From NCBI GenBank assembly GCA_964016885.1, contig OZ024760.1, positions 4,092,001 to 4,156,000 of the forward strand: a stretch of DNA of 64,000 nucleotides. Reading direction: 5' to 3'. Shown piece after piece: positions 23,405-38,672 of this stretch; the first letter of the stretch is position 1, and the number at the start of each line of letters is the position of its first letter. The notes beneath the pieces are model-generated. The model did not search any database and had not been told where the DNA came from. It saw only the letters and a program-made list of their open reading frames with translations. Position numbers and translations under genes: made by a program. Origin of the DNA: Eledone cirrhosa. Lineage: Eukaryota.

Positions 23405-26300
23405 CCTCCCCCCAAAAAGAAAGAAAAGAAAATACGGAGAGGAACCAATTTCTTATTGACCCTTTTTCTTTCATTTTCCTTGATTTTTGGTCGTTTTGGG
23501 TTCATGTGTGTCTGTGTGTTTCGGTCTGTTTGTCTGTGTGTCTGTGTGTTTTGTGTGCGTCTATTATTCTGTGTTTTGTATGTGTGTCTGTGTTTTGTGT
23601 GTGTCTGTCTGTCTATGTTTTGTGTGTCTGTCTGTGTTTTGTGTGTCTGTCTGTTTTGTGTGTCTGTCTATGTTTTGTGTCTGTCTATGTTTTGTGTGTC
23701 TGTCTATGTTTGGTGTGTCTGTCTATGTTTTGTGTGTCTGTGTTTTGTGTGTCTATGTTTTGTGTGTCTGTCTGTGTTTTGTGTCTGTCTGTGTTTTGTA
23801 TGTGTCAGTCTGTGTTTTGTGAGTGAGTGTGTGTGTCAGTCTGTGTTTTGTGAGTGAGTGTGTGTGTGTCAGTCTGTGTTTTGTGTGTGTGTGTGTGACA
23901 GTCTGTGTTTTGTGAGTGAGTGTAAAATAAAATAAAATAAAATAACAAAAAGCCCCCCCCCCAAAAAAAAAAAAGAAAGAAAAGAAAATACGGACAGGAA
24001 CCAATTTCTTATTGACCCTTTTTCTTTCATTTACTTGATTTTTGGTCGTTTTGGGTTCATGTGTGTCTCTGTCTGTATGTTTTGGTCTGTGTGTCTGTGT
24101 GTTTTGTGTGGGTCTATTATTCTGTGTTTTGTATGTGTGTCTGTCTGTGTTTTGTGTGTCTGTCTGTGTTTTGTGTGTCTGTGTTTTGTGTGTCTGTCTA
24201 TGTTTTGTGTGTCTGTCTGTGTTTTGTATGTGTCTGTCTATGTTTTGTGTCTGTCTATGTTTGGTGTGTCTGTCTGTGTTTTGTGTGTCTGTGTTCTGTG
24301 TGTCTATATTTTGTGTGTCTGTCTGTGTTTTGTATGTGTCTGTCTATGTTTTGTGTGTGTCTGTCTATGTGTTGTGTGTCTGTATTTTGTGTCTGTCTGT
24401 GTTTTGTATGTGTCTGTCTATGTTTTGTGTGTGTCTGTGTTTTGTATGTGTCTGTGTTTTGTATGTGTCTGTCTATGCTTTGTGTGTGTCTGTCTATGTT
24501 TTGTGTGTCTGTCTGTGTTTTGTGTGTCTGTGTTTTGTGTGTCTATGTTTTGTGTGTCTGTCTATGTTTTGTGTGTCTGTCTGTGTTTTGTGTGTCTATG
24601 TTTTGTGTGTCTGTCTATGTTTTGTGTCTGTCTGTGTTTTGTATGTGTCTGTCTATGTTTGGTGTGTCTGTCTGTGTTTTGTGTCTGTCTATGTTTTGTG
24701 TGTCTGTCTGTGTTTTGTGTCTGTCTGTGTTTTGTATGTGTCTGTCTATGTTTTGTGTGTGTCTGTCTATGTGTTGTGTGTCTGTCTGTGTTTTGTGTGT
24801 CTGTCTGTGTTTTGTGTCTGTCTGTGTTTTGTATGTGTCTGTCTATGTTTTGTGTGTGTCTGTGTTTTTTATGTATCTGTCTATGTTTTGTATGTGTCTG
24901 TCTATGTTTTGTGTGTGTCTGTGTTTTGTATGTGTCTGTCTATGTTTTGTGTGTGTCTGTCTATGTTTTGTGTGTCTGTGTTTTGTGTCTGTCTATGTTT
25001 TGTGTGTCTGTCTGTGTTTTGTGTGTCTGTCTGTGTTTTGTGTGTCTGTGTTTTGTGTGTTTATGTTTTGTGTGTCTGTCTATGTTTTGTGTGTCTGTCT
25101 GTGTTTTGTGTGTCTATGTTTTGTGTGTCTGTCTATGTTTTGTGTCTGTCTGTGTTTTGTATCTGTCTGTCTATGTTTGGTGTGTCTGTCTGTGTTTTGT
25201 GTCTGTCTATGTTTTGTGTGTCTGTCTGTGTTTTGTGTCTGTCTGTGTTTTGTATGTGTCTGTCTATGTTTTGTGTGTCTGTGTTTTGTATGTGTCTGTC
25301 TATGTTTTGTGTCTGTCTGTGTTTTGTATGTGTCTGTCTATGTTTTGTGTGTCTGTGTTTTGTGTGTGTATGTCAGTCTGTTTTGTGTGTGTGTCAGTCT
25401 GTGTTTTGTGAGTGAGTGAGTGTGTGTGTCAGTCTGTGTTTTGTGTGTGTGTGTGACAGTCTGTGTTTTGTGAGTGAGTGTAAAATAAAATAAAATAAAA
25501 TAAAAAGCCCCCCCCCCCCCAAAAAAAAGAAAGAAAAGAAAATACGGAGAGGAACCAATTTCTTATTGACCCTTTTTCTTTCATTTACTTGATTTTTGGT
25601 CGTTTTGGGTTCATGTGTGTCTCTGTCTGTATGTTTCGGTCTGTTTGTCTGTGTGTCTGTGTGTATTGTGTGCGTCTATTATTGTGTTTTGTATGTGTCT
25701 GTCTGTCTATGTTTTGTGTGTCTGTCTGTGTTTTGTGTGTCTGTCTATGTTTTGTGTGTCTGTCTGTGTTTTGTATGTGTCTGTCTATGTTTTGTGTCTG
25801 TCTATGTTTGGTGTGTCTGTCTGTGTTTTGTGTGTCTGTGTTTTGTGTCTGTCTGTGTTTTGTATGTGTTGTGTGTCTGTCTGTGTTTTGTGTGTCTATG
25901 TTTTGTGTCTGTCTGTGTTTTGTATGTGTCTGTCTATGTTTTGTGTGTGTCTGTGTTTTGTATGTGTCTGTCTATGTTTTGTGTGTGTCTGTGTTTTGTA
26001 TGTGTCTGTCTATGTTTTGTGTGTGTCTGTCTGTGTTTTGTGTGTCTGTGTTTTGTGTCTGTCTGTGTTTTGTATGTGTCTGTCTATGTTTTGTGTGTGT
26101 CTGTGTTTTGTATGTCTGTCTATGTTTTGTGTGTCTGTGTTTTGTGTGCGTCTGTGTTTTGTATGTGTCTGTCTATGTTTTGTGTGTGTCTGTCTATGTG
26201 TTGTGTGTCTGTCTGTGTTTTGTGTGTCTGTGTTTTGTGTCTGTCTGTGTTTTGTATGTGTCTGTCTATGTTTTGTGTGTGTCTGTGTTTTGTGAGTGAG
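23405..26300. repeat. GT-rich compound satellite (TGTGTGTCTGTCTATGTTT variants) in three higher-order units
   Basis: A non-repetitive header (aagaaaatacggagaggaaccaatttc) recurs near 23425, 23980 and 25535. Confidence 0.9.
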
Positions 26301-27779
26301 TGTATGTGTGTGTACATGTTCTTTAGTTTATTTTAGCTGTTACTTCTAAGGCCATTCTGGAGCACCACCTTCATGCATGCATGTATGTATGTCAATGCAA
26401 AGGTGAGGGCATACTTTTGTTCTATAAATCTTTCTGTTATACTGGCCATGCTGCAGCACTGCCCTTAAAAAAAAAGGTAGTACAGTCCATTACATCAAAT
26501 GAAACTACCCACCTCTGTCAATCTCCCACCACTGATGTTTTGCTAAATCTTGGTATCTTTATTGACATGGATGAGAGGGATGAAAGAGCAAAGCCTTGAC
26601 CTCAAACACACCATCATGAGCAGCAATGCCAACACCAGCACCACCAAAACCTTCATTACTACCACCACCACCACTAAAATCACCATTTCTACTACTACAA
26701 GCAGCAGTAGCACCACCAGAAGCAACATCACCAAAACCACCATTACTACCACCACTACCAGAAGCAACAGCACCACCACCATCACTACCAGAACCACTAT
26801 TACTACTACCACCATCAACACCAGCACCAGAGCCACAAAAACCTCCATTACCACCACCACGACCAGTACCAAAACCAATATTACTAACACCATCATAAAC
26901 AGCAACACCACCAAAACCACTATTAACCCCACCATTGGCCTTTTGTTACCATATTACATATGAAAGACACTACCAATGATTTCCTTTTAAATAACCAAGA
27001 CTTTGCAAAGATTTAGTAAAATGTATTTTCTCATTAGTAAGTTGGTGTAGATTGGTGGATTGACAGAATAGTGAGGGTCGGATAAAATACTTTGCTGCAT
27101 TTAACCCTTTATTTACTATTGTATTTTTGTGGTAAAGGCTTTATCTCATATAATATCAAATCTAGGAGATTTTAATATTATTTATTTTAAGAACAATACC
27201 ATAACCCTATATTTATTTTTGTATTTTCGTGGTAAATACTTTATCTCACATAATATCGAATCTAGGAGATTTTGATATTATTTATTTTGAGGACAATACC
27301 TTAACATAAGTATGAGTAGCCAGTTACGGCTGGTTTGCACAGAAAAAGGTGAGAGAATTCTGGTCGGATATGGCTGGTTTAAATGCTAAAGGGTTAATTA
27401 TGGTTCTTTATATTCTGAGTTCAAATTCCGCTGAGGTAAACTTTGCCTTTCATCCTTCCAGGGGGTTGATAAAATAAAGCACCAGTAATTTACTACGGTC
27501 GATATAATCGACTTTTCTCTTCTTTCAAATTACTAGCATTGTAATTGAGGTTGGCACAAGGAAGGGTATCCATCCATCTGTAGAAACCAAGCCAAAATCG
27601 GTTCTGTATGAGCAAGACATGGTCTCCTGACCTAGTATTACTTACAACAGGATAACTCATCTCTCAGCATGGAAAAATGGACATTAAACGGTGATGATGA
27701 TTATGTACTAGTGTTGGGGGACATAACTTAATAAAGGTTCTTACATAAAATTATCATGGAATGTTTTTAGATACACCCT

Positions 27780-28070
27780 ACTCCATCCTACCATTCCCGT
27801 CCACTGTGAAGTGGTCATGTAGGTGACACGACAAAAATCACCCAGTCCACACTGTAAAGTGGTCGTGTGTGAGACACGGTAAAAAGGCTCCCAGTTCACA
27901 CTGTAAATGTGGTTGGTGTTAGGAAGGGCATCCAGCCGTAGAAAACCTGCCAGAGACAGTTCTGTATGAGCGAGACACGGTCTCTCGATCAATCTCGCCT
28001 CAAGTGGGACAAAACTGTCCAACTCATGCTAGCATGGAAGATGGACGTTAAACGATGATGATGATGATGA
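27780..28070 (+). mobile_element. RTE LINE-related 3' UTR fragment with (GAT)n tail
   Basis: gtggttggtgttaggaagggcatccagccgtagaaa...gacgttaaacgatgatg shared with the LINE 3' end. Confidence 0.8.
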
Positions 28071-28397
28071 TAAATACTTTAAAATAAAAACCTCTTATTG
28101 TCATACAACAGGGGTGGCTTCCATCTGTTTGCTGCCAAAAGTGTTAAGTTAACCAGGGTGGGATATGAAGTTGGAATAAATGGGCAATGATATAGAAAGG
28201 GGTCACAGTTCTTGAGGACAAAAACCCTTTTGGTGCTCCCACTTTACTATGCCCCTGCATATGGTGTGTGTGTGTGAGGGGGGAGGACACATGTCAGAAT
28301 GTGTGTGTATGTGTTTCAATGACCTGCTCAAACCCAAAGACCTATACACCTTGGTGGAGGGAGAGCAGAGAGATAGATAGATAGAGAGTGTGTGTGT

Positions 28398-28459
<62 letters not shown>

Positions 28460-28671
28460 GTGTGTGTGTGTGTGAGAGACAGAGAGAGAGAGCAGTGCAC
28501 ACATATTATTATTATTCACGTTTTCAAAATACATTCTTTATTACAATCAGTTGTATAATACATCAGTTAAGTATATATATATATACGCCACACAGTAACA
28601 CATATATAAATATATATATGTGTCTATGAATATACATATATATATTATATATATTAAGTGCCCCCATGCAC

Positions 28672-28703
<32 letters not shown>

Positions 28704-30890
28704 CACATAGTACCACATGTATAAATATATACATATATGTGTGTCTATGAATATACATATATATATATATATATAATGAGCCCCCATCCACACGATATAT
28801 ATATATGCAGACACACATGTATATACATATATATTTGTATATATGTACATACACACATATGTATATACACTGACACACATATACAGTGTGTGTAAATGAA
28901 AGAAAACAAAAAAAAAAAATAGGTGCAATTAGAAGAAGAAAAATAATTATTAAAAAAAAAAAAAACTGCTGGAAATTAATTTAAAAATGAGAAATAAAAA
29001 AAAAACAATGAATTCGTAGAGATATGGCAACCTGAAGGATGATGTGGTGTCATTTATGCCTTTCACACAGGTATTAAATGATGTGAAATGATGTAGTTTC
29101 CCCTTGAGGCTGGTAACTTTCGACAATGTAACATCTACAAACTGTTAAATATTAACTATAGCTAATAATTGTTTCTACTTTTTGGCACAAGGCCAGCAAT
29201 TACCCCAGTTTATTATTGGTACTTTATTTTATCGACCCTGTAAGGATGAAAGGCAAAGTTGACTTCGAACTAATAATGGTTTCTGATTTAGGCACAAGGC
29301 CAACAATTTTAGGGAGGGGAAAGTCGATTAAATCAATCCCAGTGCATTACTGGTACTTTATTTTATCGAACCCATAAGGATGAATGGCAAAGCTAACCTC
29401 AGCGGGATTTGAACTCAATATAATATATCCTGCAAAGGTTAGCTTTACCTTTCATTGGGATTTGAATGCAGATCATTAAGGGCTAGAATACACGTGCGTT
29501 TTTTCCGATTTCAAAAAACGTGACATCATCATCTGCATATAGCGATGCATGACAAGAACAGAGCTACCCAACTCACTGCACCACCCACACCAAGATAAAA
29601 CATTTGTCAATCTCAATTTCCCTACAGGCCATTCTAATAGTCTGCTATTGCTGCTCACAACAGCTTATGCCCACTCTAACTCACCAAGAAGTGTACCAGG
29701 AATTACAGGCTAAAAGGCCCCAAAGAATGCAGTGCCTACTGTTGGCACTCACCATTTCTTAAGGGTGTTCACCACTTTTGCAGAGAAAGTAGAGAGTGAT
29801 GAGGTTAAAGCAGGAGTTTTGGCAATAATGCTCCCACGGTGTTGACTTTGATGGAAACAACAGGATGTGACACCAAATGGTGGTACTGGAGATCAAATGA
29901 GTCAGATCTGAAGAAATGGGGCAAAGAAGGGTAATGCTATTATGGTTACCAGTGCAATTATGGGAGCGACTCCAGTTGGGGCTCAGATTCAGACAAGTGT
30001 CAACAGAACAATCGGATAGCAGTGATAAGGGCCACCAAGAAAGACTTCTCCACAAATCATGGTGCTTGGATGATGATTGCTTACCATACATGTATCAAAG
30101 ATTGGATGTGTGACTGGCATTATTCAGAAGGAGCCATATTTGCAGTCTTCCGGAAAACCTTCTTCACCATAGCAAAAAATGGCACAAGGAGTCTTTATAA
30201 TTTTCAGTGGGAAATAAACAATAAATGCGTACACATCAACTTACACTTACCCAACTGTTACGTCATACATGCAAATGATGGGCATTGATTGCACGACGAA
30301 TCACAGTTCTAACTCTGAAGATGCAGAAGGAACCTACTTATGCCAGATCCCAGATGGAATCACTCATGCTGGCACAAGTGCAAAAGAGAGAGGGAACCCA
30401 CAGAAATGTGCATGTGAGAATTGGGAATAAGAGGCCACTTGTAGCAAGGGCGACACAAGCTAAGAGAAAGAGGAACAAACGAACTACACAAAATTGCAAC
30501 TTCAAACCTGCGAGCAAAAAAGACTTAATGGTTTGACAGCCACTTATCTTATAAAAAATTTGAAGTAATGAAGGAAGTGCATTCAAATGAAGAAGCTATT
30601 ATTGAAGTGCTTAAGAGTGGAGCAAAACTAGACAATGAGTTGATTGGAAACATGCAGGGATATCTCACAATAATAATAATAATGGTTTCTGATTTAAGCA
30701 CAATTTACAAGAAGGAAATCAATTATATGGACCCAAGTATGCGAATGAACAGGACTTCATTTTATCAACTTCAGAAAGATGAAAGGCAAAGTTGACCTAC
30801 CTCAGTGGGATTTGAACTCAGAACTTAAAAGAGTTGTAACAAATACCACAAGGCATTTGTCTATCTGATATCCTCAATGTTCAAATAAAA

Positions 30891-31098
30891 ATAATTGTTT
30901 CTACATTTGGCACAAGGCCAGCAATTTGAGGGAAGGGAAAAGTTGATTAAATCGACCCCAGTGCATTACTGGTACTTTATTTTATTAACCTCATAAGAAT
31001 AAAAGACAAAGCTAACCATGGCAGGATTTGAACTCAGAACGTAAAGGGCCATAACTAAATACTGCAAAGCATTTTGTCCGACACTCTATCCACTGCCC
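30891..31098 (-). mobile_element. tRNA-derived SINE (same family)
   Basis: Reverse complement of the family; TSD TGTTCAAATAA. Confidence 0.82.
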
Positions 31099-34000
31099 TG
31101 TTCAAATAATAATAATAATAATAATTGTTTCTACTTTTGGCACAATGCCAGCAATTTCTCCAGTGCATTAGTGGTACTTTTTAATAATGATTACTTACAT
31201 TGACACAAAGAACAACCAAAAGCCAGATGAAGAAGGGTACATGGTCAAAATAATTTAAGGGACATGACTGAAGCAGACTCATTACTGCGTTGGCTAGAAT
31301 GCTTTTGCAGTATTTGCTGATTCACTGCATTCCCAGTTCAAATCCTGCCACTGTCAACTTTGCTTTACATTCTTCATGGGCCGATAAATAAAATACCAGT
31401 CAAATCTTCTCTCTCGCTCTCTCAGAAACATTGACCCTTGGCAGACCACTCACAGTGCTCCTTTCACTAGAAATTAAGAAGGGTTGAAGCAACGGCCTAA
31501 CAACTTCTCGTATAATCAATAGAACTCCAGGTAAAAATACCTCATGACATTTAGTTATAGCCCTTTATGGTCTGAATTCACATCATGCTGAGGTCAATGT
31601 TCCCTCTCTTTCATCCTTCTGGGGTTGAAAAAAATAAAGTACCAGTCACATACTAGGGGTTGATATAACTGACTAACCCATATGCCCCCCACCCTCCAAA
31701 AAAAATTGTTGTTGTGACAATGTTAGAAATCAATGTTATGATTATTTAACCGTTTAGCAATCACATTACTCTATATTTACTATTGTACTTTCATGGTAAA
31801 GGCTTTACCTCACATATCGAATCTGAGATTTTGATATTATTTATTATCAGTATGCGCGGCCGGTTACAAACAGCCTGAACAGAAAGTGGGGAGAGAATTT
31901 TGGCCGGATATGGCCAGTTTAAATACTAAAGGGTTAAACTAAAATGGAAGGGAGGCAGTGTGTGTGTAGACTCTGTGTCCCCAACTTCCATGACTGGTTA
32001 AATAGATGTTTTCTTCATTTTCTGCAGATCTCTGGAAACCAGGGATGCTGCAGATTGTTGTAATTCTTTGGAAAGGAAGGAATTGTGTAAAAATAGTTTA
32101 ATTAACGATTATAGTTAAAGAGTTAGAGTTGGGAGTACAGGTGACGCTGAGTAGAGATAGGAAGGGAAGATGAGGCGGGTGTTTAAAATTTGTACACAGC
32201 TGACTAGTTCAAAGGAACAAGAGCTGTTAATCGAACCCACATTTTGAAGTCCAACATCTACCACTAGGACACATGTCTACAGATTTATACACAGGTCACT
32301 ATTTCAAAGGAACAGGAGCTGTTGTAGTAGAAGTAGAAGAGACACAAAGAGGCTACAAAACATTCGGTGGGCTGTGGTGTGGCATGTTTGTTGGTGTTAA
32401 CACTCACTTGAGTAACCAGCATTAACCTTCAGCATGCTGTGGGTGACAAAATGCACCATATGAGTAATCTCTTAATAGATATTGCAGTGTCAAGGGAAAC
32501 AACTCCTAAAAATTATTAGTGTGGTAAAAGTTAATAGAAGGGTACTCACTATATTCTAGTAAGGTAGCAAAGGTAGACCATGGCACGTTTAGCCTTCTGG
32601 CAGATCACACAACCACTTGATTCTCTCTATTCTCACAGTTGATAAAATACATACCAGTAATACAATGGTGTTGTGTCAATGCAATCTGTTACCCCTGTCC
32701 CTTTGTCTCTAACATATATAGGATGCAAGTACAGCAGAGTCAACAAGACACGAAACAACCAGCCAATATGAAAGGTTGACACTTCATTCATATCCCATCA
32801 CAAGTTCTGTGTTATGCTCATAGCCAAAGCACTAAAACTCTCGGCAGCTCAGTCCACCTAGCCGTAGGTAAGGTCAATACTATGGCTCACTGTTAGCAGT
32901 AAGGAGCACTATAAAGCTGATTTGTCTTCCATTGACTCAGTGATGAGATCAAACCCAAGAAGAGGCAGTTCTTCTCCATAAAAAAAAACTCTCCCTTTCT
33001 AAATCATACACACAAGAAACATCAAGCTATGATGTCATATTTCTGTTCTTTAGGGGATAACCATCCCCCATTTCACTGAAACAGTAATTTCCTTCACAAC
33101 TAAGCCCTAACAAATCGGTGATGTTGTGTTGCCTGTCTAACCCTTCAGCATTTACATTACTCTATATATACTCTTATATTTTCACAGTAAATGCTTTATC
33201 AAATCTATGAGATTTTGATATTATTTATTTTGAAAACAATACCTTAACATCAGTATGAGTGGCCAGATACAGCTGGTTTTAACAGTGCTGGCCAGATACG
33301 GTCGGTTTAAATGCTAAAGAGTTAAGCATGAAAGAATTTCCAGTGTTGTAGTAGTAGTTGCTGTCACTAAAGATATCTCATTAGGACAGTGACCCTGCTG
33401 ACAATAATGGTTACTCGTTTTGGCATAAGGCCAGCAATCATCATCACTGTTTAATGTTCATTTTTTACGCTAGCATTTGTAGCACGGGCTATCATCCCTT
33501 TGTGAGGGATCAGGTCGGGGAACCGTGATTCGTTTACACAGAACTGATTTTGGCCTGGTTTCTACAGCTGGATGCCCTTCCTAACGCCAACCACATTTGT
33601 ACATCTTTGTTTTATCAACCCCAGAAAGATGAAAGGTAAAGTTGACCTCGCCAATATTTGAACTCAGAAAGAAAAAAATGTCATGAGCTGAAACAAATAC
33701 AGCTAAAGATTTGTCTGATGCTCTGCTGACTCAGCCAATCCACATGACCACCAGTGCTGGGAAGTAGAAATAAATAAAAGTAAAACAAAGATAAGCTCCT
33801 CACTTTCTGATTATTTAAAAAATCATTACCCTAGGTTCAATTCCTGTTCTCTGCAGATTCACTTTTAATGTGATGGTATTTCTTTAGTAGGTAGTAGTAG
33901 TGGTAGTGGTAGTAATGGTGATGGTGGTAGTAGTAGAAGTAAATGATAGTGGTAGTAGTAGTAGTAGTGATGGTGAATGATAGTGGTAGTAGTAGAAGTG

Positions 34001-36210
34001 GTGATGGTAGTAGTAGTACTAGTGGTGGTAGTAGTAGAAGTGATGGTAGTGGTAGTAGTAGTAGAAGTGATGGTAGTGGTAGTAATAGTAGTAGTATAAG
34101 TGTTGGTGGTGGTGGTTGTAGTAGTAGTAGTAGTAGTAGTGGTGGTAGCTAAATTAGTAGTTATATCACTGTTAGTGGGTTTCGAAGGGTGGGAAGTGGG
34201 GTAAGGGTGAATGCTAATGTTATGAGATACAACCCTTCTCTCTTGACAACACCATTAAAAAAAAATATATCAACGGCAGTGCCCCAGCATGACCTCAGCC
34301 GGATGGCTGGATCAGGTAAAAGAGTAATTTAAGTAAAAAAAGCACAAATTAAGAATAGGAAGGGAGGAAAGCTTAAATTCTCTGGTAACCATCCAATGTG
34401 AGTGGTGGAGGTGGTAGTGGTGGTGGTAGTAGTGGTATTGGTGGTGGTAGTAGTGGTGGTGGTGGTATTGGTGGTGGTAGTAGTAGTAGTGGTGGTGGTG
34501 ATAATAGTAGTACAGATAGTGATGGTGGTAGTAGTAATAGTAAAAATGATGGTAGTAGTGGTGGTGGTGGTAGTAGTAGTGGTAGTGATGGTGGAAGTGG
34601 TTGTAGTAGTAGTGGTGGTGGTAATAGTAGTAGTGGTGATAATCGTAGTACTGATAGTGGTGGTAGTAGTAGTAGTAGTAGTAGTTATAAAGAGTGCAAG
34701 AAGGGGAAGAAATTACATTTTTGTCAACTGGAGTTTGAAGAGCATTGTTCAAGGAATGTTTGCTGATCAGCAAGATAGCCAGGTGTGTGTGTGTGTAGTC
34801 AGGTGTATGTGTGTGTAACAGTCACCCATACCATGTATGTGTGTGTGTAGCAACCACACCACACCAAGTGCGTGTGTATGTCTGTAACAGCCACACCAGA
34901 CCAAATATGTGTGTATGTGAAGCAGCAACACCATACCAAACGTGTGTAAATATGTGAAGGAGCATGGCTTAGTGTTTAGTGTTCAGTTACCAATCACAAG
35001 GTCATGAATTTGATTCCCAGTGGTGTGGTGTATTGTGTCCTTGGAACTTTATTTCATCTTTCTCTCCACTCCACTCAGATGGCAAAGGTGAGTTGTACCT
35101 GTAATTTAAAGGGCCGTCCTTGCCACACACTGTGTCACACTCAGCATGATATTAATCTTCAGCGTGCTCTAGGTGCCTTATGTCGCCAATAGAGTTATCT
35201 CCACTTAATACATAATACAGTGTCAAGGGAAAAAATTCATATAAAAATTCAGCATGCTAAAGGTTAAGGTTGCAGATGAATTATTTCACAAGTAGGCTGT
35301 TCCATTATTTGAACAACTGAACACTCATCATTTGAAATGACAGTGGTCCAACACACACACACAAATATATATTACACACATACAGATATGTATTACACAC
35401 ACACACAAATATATATTATACACAAACATATATTATACACACACTCACACAAATATATATATATTATACACACATGCACATGAAAATATATATTAAAGAC
35501 AACACAAATATATATTAAAGCCAACACAAATATACATCAAACTAATACATGCACACACATATATACACTAAAATAAGGAGGCAAATTGGCAGAGTCATTA
35601 GAATGTTGGATAGAAATCAGCTGAGTTCAGATGTGGAGAGGGATATTGTCTTAGCGTCTGCCAGGTTTAAAATATCACTACAGCACCCTAACGACACCAT
35701 CAGAATTTATGGATCCATGCATACATATATTCACACATAAACTAAAATCAACCAAAATGTTACACAGTAACAGTTGACCTCTAGGACAAGTGCTAACCCA
35801 ATCCTCCAGTTAAACCTCAATCTTTGAACTTCAAACACAATAGCTATCTAGATTGTCTAAACCCACAATAGTTGTTTAAACCCACAACAGCTGTCTGAAC
35901 GGACAAGACCCATCTAAACTCCAAACAGCTGCCTATTAGAAAGAAAAAGACCAAAACATACTACAGTCTTGATACATTATGAATGAACAGTAACAGAAAC
36001 ACATGTATGTGCATAACTATATATGTATAAGTATATATATATAAAGTGGTTGGTGTCTAGCCATAGAAACCAACCCCAAAACAGAGTGTACAAGTAAGAT
36101 GTGGTCATTTGACCTGACTTGTCTCATAATGTGACAACCCGTCTAACCCATGCAAGCATGAAAAAATGGATGTTAAACGATGATGATGATACATACATAT
36201 ACACACACAA

Positions 36211-36587
36211 CTCTGAGCACCTTTTTGAATTCCATGTGTCTAACACCCGTGGATATGCTTACAAAATCAGAAAACAGTACAGCTCCCATGACTTTCGGAA
36301 ACATTTTTTTCACGCTCAGAGTTGCTGAAACATGGAACAAACTACCTGCATCAGTTGTTAGTTGTCGAGACACTGCATCCTTCAAAACTTCCATGCTTCC
36401 CAGAATTCGCCAACACTACACCTAATATTCCACCTCCATACACACACACATGCATCTGTGTGTATCCTGACTCATACACTGATCACTTTCCTGACATTTG
36501 TACATTATTCTATGTACTATACATGCACCTTTGATGAGTTATAGTGCACTTGAGCACTGTACACAATCATTTTTTCATTATTATTAT
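36211..36587 (+). mobile_element. CR1-like LINE 3' fragment (relatives at 21630-21795 + and 55045-55500 -)
   Basis: TRGYAYKIRK...RKHFF/TLRVAETWNKLPASVVS...SFK is a typical CR1 ORF2 C-terminus; (ATT)n tail. Confidence 0.78.
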
Positions 36588-38273
36588 ATGTGTATACATA
36601 TATATCAAATTAAAAGGTAGAGTTAAAAACTCACAATAATCCCTTATGATCCGGGGAGCTCAAGGAAGAGAGACTGAGCTCTTTATAAATCATAGCAATT
36701 AGAGAAAGATATAATAAATTATGTCAGATAATAGGGGATAAAATACCACCCGGGTAAAGCACATAAAAACAACAGATGGAGTGGTAAATACAAATTAATT
36801 AAAAGAATAATCAAAGGTGTACAAACCACCATATAACAATATGCACCCCTGACATAATTTATTATGTGTCTTTTTCTCATTGCCATAATTTATATATATA
36901 TATACACACATGTTATGTATGCGCCCTTATTAATTTGGTTGCTGTAGTCTGTTACTTAGTTACTTGGTTCAGTCGGTTAAGTTGCCAGAACATCATTACC
37001 TTTCAAAGTACTCAATACTCAACGGATGATGTCACGGATGTCATATGAAGATGAATTCCCTATTACCCAAACCTAAATAAACACACATACGCACATATAC
37101 ATGAGAGTGTCACTAAAACTACAACCACTATTTTACAGGTGTATACACAGAAACACAAACACATGTCCTTCTTCCTTCATCACACACACATACTTGTGTT
37201 CACATCATGACTATCACCACCACTTCACACCCACACATATATGGGGGTGTCACTTCTACTATAATCAACATTTTACATGGGTATACACAAAACCAAACAC
37301 ACACCCATAAACAAACACATCTTTCTTACTTCATTACACATACACACGTGTGCACACCCCCACCACCTTCACCATAATCACCACCAACACCACCACTTCA
37401 GACACAGACAAACACAAATATCCTCCTTTACATATTGTTCCTCCAGTTTTCCTCTCTCCCTACTACACATGCATCAACATGTGTACACACATATGTACAT
37501 GATGTGTTTAAAAATTTGTTTTTTTTCTTTAAATAACAATTTAAGAAATTAAAATTAAAAATAAAAATTTAAAAAAATTAAATAAAGATAAAAATAAATG
37601 AATTAAAATATGACTTTGAATTCTAAAAATCTGATTTCGATTAAAATTGTTCACCAATTAAAAATAATTTTAAAAAAAAATCAACACAACACCCCCAAAA
37701 AAACTATAGACTGCAACTGCTGATGTAATTAATCTACAGTTACAGAAGTCCACTGCAGTTGTGAATGTCTGTTATGTACATATACAACTGCAGAAAATGT
37801 CGCCAGGGAGTAGAAGAGTAAAGTGTCACTGTGTAATTGAGATGGGAACTCAGGTCCATGGTAGAGAGAGAGAGAGAGAGAGTTCACTTGTGGTGGTGTA
37901 GTAAGGTGCCAAATTTACCTGCAACACAGATAAATGGATAGATAAATAGATAGACAGACATACATGTATATAGGAGATAAATGAGACAGAAGACATATAT
38001 ATATGTATATATATATATATATATATATAAGTCAATAGAGTGGTCAACCGAGGGACCCGAATAGTAATAATAATAAATGTGAAGACTAAAATCCAAAGAG
38101 GGCTCGATAAGGATAAATATATAACAAATATATAAGAACCATAGAGCAAGGGTGAAAGCAGCGATTCTTTGCTTAAACTTTAATCTTTTATATTAATAAA
38201 TATTTGCTCTAGGGTTTTTATATATTTGATATATATTTATCCTTATTGAGCCCTTTTTGGATTTTAGTATTAT

Positions 38274-38325
<52 letters not shown>

Positions 38326-38638
38326 ATACTTTGGGAGGGTCATGTTGCCAATATATATATACACATAGTAATAATAATTATGAATACCCAAATCTGAAGA
38401 GGGCTCAATAAGTATTATATATATATATATATATATATAAAACTCATAGAGCAAATATTTATTATTAGTACAGATTGAAGTTTAAGCAAAGAATCGCTGC
38501 TTTAACCCATTTACAGGCCCTTCTGAAATCTTTTGAAATATTTACTTCTGCGTCTACAGACTGATTTTTCTCAGTTTCAGAAGATCCCGTAAAAGAGTGA
38601 AAGCAGTGATTCTTTGCTTAAACTTTAATCTGTACTAA

Positions 38639-38672
<34 letters not shown>

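Noticed and set aside
24035-26336. 450-aa C/V/L-rich ORFs in all three frames
   Set aside because: Stop-free GT satellite; open in every frame, so not evidence of coding.
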